Assembly: GCA_016192825.1 (NCBI GenBank)
Contig: JACPTK010000004.1
Coordinates: 2,905 to 66,904, forward strand
Source of the DNA: Betaproteobacteria bacterium
GTDB lineage: Bacteria; Pseudomonadota; Gammaproteobacteria; Burkholderiales; SG8-41
Length of the DNA stretch: 64,000 nucleotides
Reading direction: 5' to 3'
In this document: positions 61,816 through 64,000 of the stretch, piece by piece
How the letters are laid out: the number at the start of each line of letters is the position of its first letter
Position numbering within the stretch: the stretch's first letter is position 1
Translations under genes and position numbers: made by a program
Notes under the pieces: model-generated
What the model was told of the DNA's origin: nothing
Database searches by the model: none
What the model saw: only the letters and a program-made list of their open reading frames with translations

Positions 61816-61934
61816 CCCGCAGTGGTTCCACACTGCGGACGGCGTGCGCCGTTGCGTTGACACCCACACGGCCCGACATTATAAAGAGGCTGGTCCCAGC
61901 GGCTCGGGACGGATTCGACGATCCGGAGTTTTTC

Positions 61935-62666
61935 ATGATGTCTCGCATCGGCCTGCTGGTCCCATCCTCCAACACCACGGTGGAGCCGGAGTTCTACCGC
62001 GCGCTGCCGGCGGGCGTCACGCTGCACACGGCGCGCCTCTACCTCACCAAGATCACCCCCGATGCCATACTCGGCATGGTGCAGGATATGGAGACGCAGG
62101 CGAAGCTGCTCGCATCGGCCGATGTGGATGTCATCGTGCTGGGCGCCACCGCGCCGAGTTTCTTGAAGGGCTTGGGCTACGACCGCGAGCTGATCGGCAA
62201 GATCGAGGCCGCGAGCGGCAAGCCCGCGACCACCACCTCCACGGCATTGATCGAGGCGATCCGCTGCCTCGGCGCGAAACGGGTCGTGCTGGGCTCGGCC
62301 TACGACGAGAAGGTGAGCGCGATTGCGCAATCGTTCATCGAAGCGAGCGGCATCACGGTGCTCGATGCGCAGGGGCTGGGATACGTCGACAACCTCAAGG
62401 TCGGGCGGCTCGCCGCCGACACGGCATACGACCTCGCGCGCAAGGTGGATCGTCCCGATGCCGATGCGATCGTGCTCGCCTGCACCAACTGGAAGACCAT
62501 GGACGCGATCGACCGGATCGAGCGCGACACCGGCAAGCCGGTGGTCTCGACGACGCAGGCAAGCGTCTGGGCGGCGCTGCGGATGATCGGTGCGCCGGGC
62601 GTCACCGGATACGGCCGGCTGCTGCGCGAGGTGGCGGCTGCCGGCAAGCAAGTACAACCCGCCTAG
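61935..62666 (+). CDS. Asp/Glu/hydantoin-racemase-superfamily protein, arylmalonate-decarboxylase-like (single-Cys pattern)
   Basis: 243 aa from ATG 61935. Pattern: RIGLLVPSSNTTVEPEF. The first catalytic position reads VLGATAPSF (no Cys) and the second reads VLACTNW (Cys). Confidence 0.72.
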   Translation: MMSRIGLLVPSSNTTVEPEFYRALPAGVTLHTARLYLTKITPDAILGMVQDMETQAKLLASADVDVIVLGATAPSFLKGLGYDRELIGKIEAASGKPATTTSTALIEAIRCLGAKRVVLGSAYDEKVSAIAQSFIEASGITVLDAQGLGYVDNLKVGRLAADTAYDLARKVDRPDADAIVLACTNWKTMDAIDRIERDTGKPVVSTTQASVWAALRMIGAPGVTGYGRLLREVAAAGKQVQPA

Positions 62667-62752
62667 CAGCCTGTCGGCTCGGCGCTAACCAGGAGCGACT
62701 GCCCATGCGTTCACACCGACCGCTCATGATGCCAAGTCCGACAGTCTGCTAG
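62663..62752. repeat. Split REP-like element: CTAGCAGCCTGTCGG ... GATGCCAAGT-CCGACAGTCTGCTAG with about 50 nt inserted in the loop
   Basis: The two halves match the compact copies at 48585 and 52064, including the loop motif ATGCCAAGT. The left half contains the upstream TAG stop and the right half contributes AGGAG before the next ATG. Confidence 0.7.
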
Positions 62753-62762
62753 GAGAAAGATC

Positions 62763-63557
62763 ATGTACGGATGGCGCGGCCGCATCGGCCTGCTGGTGCC
62801 CTCGATCAATACCACCATGGAGACGGAGTTCTGGCGCATCGCTCCCGCAGGCGTGTCGGTGCATTCGGCACGCATATCGGGCGGCCGCCACGGCACCCCG
62901 GAGGAGCTGCGCGGCATGGAGAATGCAAGCAAGGCCGCTGCGCGCGACGTGGCGATGATCGAGCCTGACGTGGTGGCCTACGGCTGCACCAGCGGCAGCT
63001 TCTTCGAGGGGCCCGAGTGGAACGCGAAGATCTGCGAGCAGCTGACCGAAATCACCGGAGCACCGACAGTGACCACCGCCGGCGCCATGGCGGCGTGCCT
63101 CCTCGCCGGGGGGCATCGCAAGGTCGACGTGGTGACGCCGTACGTCGAGCTTACCAACGAGCGCCTGAAGCAGTTCTTGCGCGCCCACGGCATCGAAGTC
63201 TCCCGGCTCGGCACCTTCGATATGCTGGACATGTTCGACCACGCGAAGATCCAGCCCGAGGAGATCTACCAGAAGGTGAAGGAAACCAACAGCGCCGATA
63301 CTGAGGCGATTTTCGTGGCCTGTACCCAGCTCCGCGCGCTCGAGGTGATCGATCTGCTGGAGCGGGACCTGGGCAAGCCGGTATATTCGGCGGTGCAGGC
63401 GAGCGCGTGGCAGGCGTATGCGGAGATGGGCATCGACCCGCGTATCGCAGACTGCGGCAGCCTTTTGCGCAAGCTCTCGGAACCCGGCGCGCTCAAGCAG
63501 CCGGCGAAGCGCCTGCGCAGGTCGGCTTGGGCGGCGAAGGCAATCGCCGACAAGTGA
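62763..63557 (+). CDS. Asp/Glu/hydantoin-racemase-superfamily protein, maleate cis-trans isomerase-like (two-Cys pattern)
   Basis: 264 aa. Pattern: RIGLLVPSINTTMETEF. Both catalytic positions carry Cys (AYGCTSGSF and FVACTQL). Confidence 0.75.
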   Translation: MYGWRGRIGLLVPSINTTMETEFWRIAPAGVSVHSARISGGRHGTPEELRGMENASKAAARDVAMIEPDVVAYGCTSGSFFEGPEWNAKICEQLTEITGAPTVTTAGAMAACLLAGGHRKVDVVTPYVELTNERLKQFLRAHGIEVSRLGTFDMLDMFDHAKIQPEEIYQKVKETNSADTEAIFVACTQLRALEVIDLLERDLGKPVYSAVQASAWQAYAEMGIDPRIADCGSLLRKLSEPGALKQPAKRLRRSAWAAKAIADK

Positions 63558-64000
63558 CAGCAGATTCCGAGACATTCGACGTCGTCGTCGTGGGTGGCGG
63601 CGGCGCGGGCCTGGCGGCGGCCGCCGAAGCCGCGCGGCTCGGCCGCAGCGTGGTGCTGCTCGAGAAGAATCCCGAGCCCGGCGGCTCGACCTCGTGGTCT
63701 GTGGGATCGATGACGGTAACCAACAGCCCGCATCAGAGGAAGGCGGGGATCCAGGACACGCCGCAGGCGCACTTCGAGGACATGGAAAAGCACGCCGGGC
63801 CGCTGGCGCAGCGCGACAACCCGGTGCTCCGACGCATCCTGGTCGAGAACACGACCGACATGCTCGAATGGCTCATGCGCATCGGTGTCGTGTTCGTGGG
63901 GCCCATGCCCGAGCCGCCGCACCGCTACAATCGCATGCACAACGTAGTGCCCAATTCGCGCTCGTTCGCCTATCATCTCGCGCGGCACTGCCGCCGGCTG
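63554..64000 (+). CDS. FAD-dependent oxidoreductase (fumarate reductase / KstD-like flavoprotein), 5' part only
   Basis: The GTG start overlaps the upstream TGA (GTGA). Translation: TFDVVVVGGGGAGLAAAAEAARLGRSVVLLEKNPEPGGSTSWS. The frame stays open to the window end. Confidence 0.75.
   Translation, partial: MTADSETFDVVVVGGGGAGLAAAAEAARLGRSVVLLEKNPEPGGSTSWSVGSMTVTNSPHQRKAGIQDTPQAHFEDMEKHAGPLAQRDNPVLRRILVENTTDMLEWLMRIGVVFVGPMPEPPHRYNRMHNVVPNSRSFAYHLARHCRRL

Overview
This is a 64-kb high-G+C proteobacterial chromosome segment. The gene order and the many TctC/Bug-type binding proteins suggest a betaproteobacterium, but that is inference only. Gene content from left to right: (1) a vapC/phd-type toxin-antitoxin pair, nnr, purL, a parvulin PPIase, a BolA-like gene, yciB, an FAD-linked oxidase, aconitase 1, a TPP enzyme and an orphan tctBA. 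(2) An accessory block with an isocitrate/isopropylmalate-dehydrogenase-family gene, panE and leuD gene scars, tctC-tctA-tctB, a deacetylase, an HMGL-like synthase and an NMT1-like protein. (3) A 2-oxoacid dehydrogenase E1alpha-E1beta-E2 operon interrupted by a low-GC four-helix-bundle (S23p/Avd-like) gene, followed by an LLM monooxygenase. (4) A minus-strand mdh-prpC-prpD-(secreted thioredoxin-fold)-acnA methylcitrate operon. (5) The TCA supercluster sdhCDAB-sdhE-gltA-sucA-sucB-lpdA-zapE. (6) A CoA-dependent catabolic island. Its first five genes match the ali/bad cyclohexanecarboxylate gene set. They are followed by beta-oxidation-type genes, a racemase-like family III CoA-transferase, two Asp/Glu-racemase-superfamily paralogues and a partial FAD oxidoreductase. 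I recognised no rRNA, tRNA, CRISPR, transposase or integrase genes. The most unusual signal is non-coding. Eleven intergenic loci carry tandem arrays of 7-nt units (18 arrays in total), usually as a locus-specific inverted pair around a short centre. One pair brackets the four-helix-bundle gene. The other pairs are empty and sit in intercistronic spacers of central-metabolism operons (sdhA|sdhB, gltA|sucA, sucB|lpdA, prpC|prpD); single arrays occupy the mdh|prpC and prpD|trx spacers. I interpret these as an IVS-like or mobile hairpin element family; the function is unproven. Three other REP-like palindrome families and several gene remnants are also present. All protein calls rest on motif recognition by eye from the supplied translations; no database search was run.
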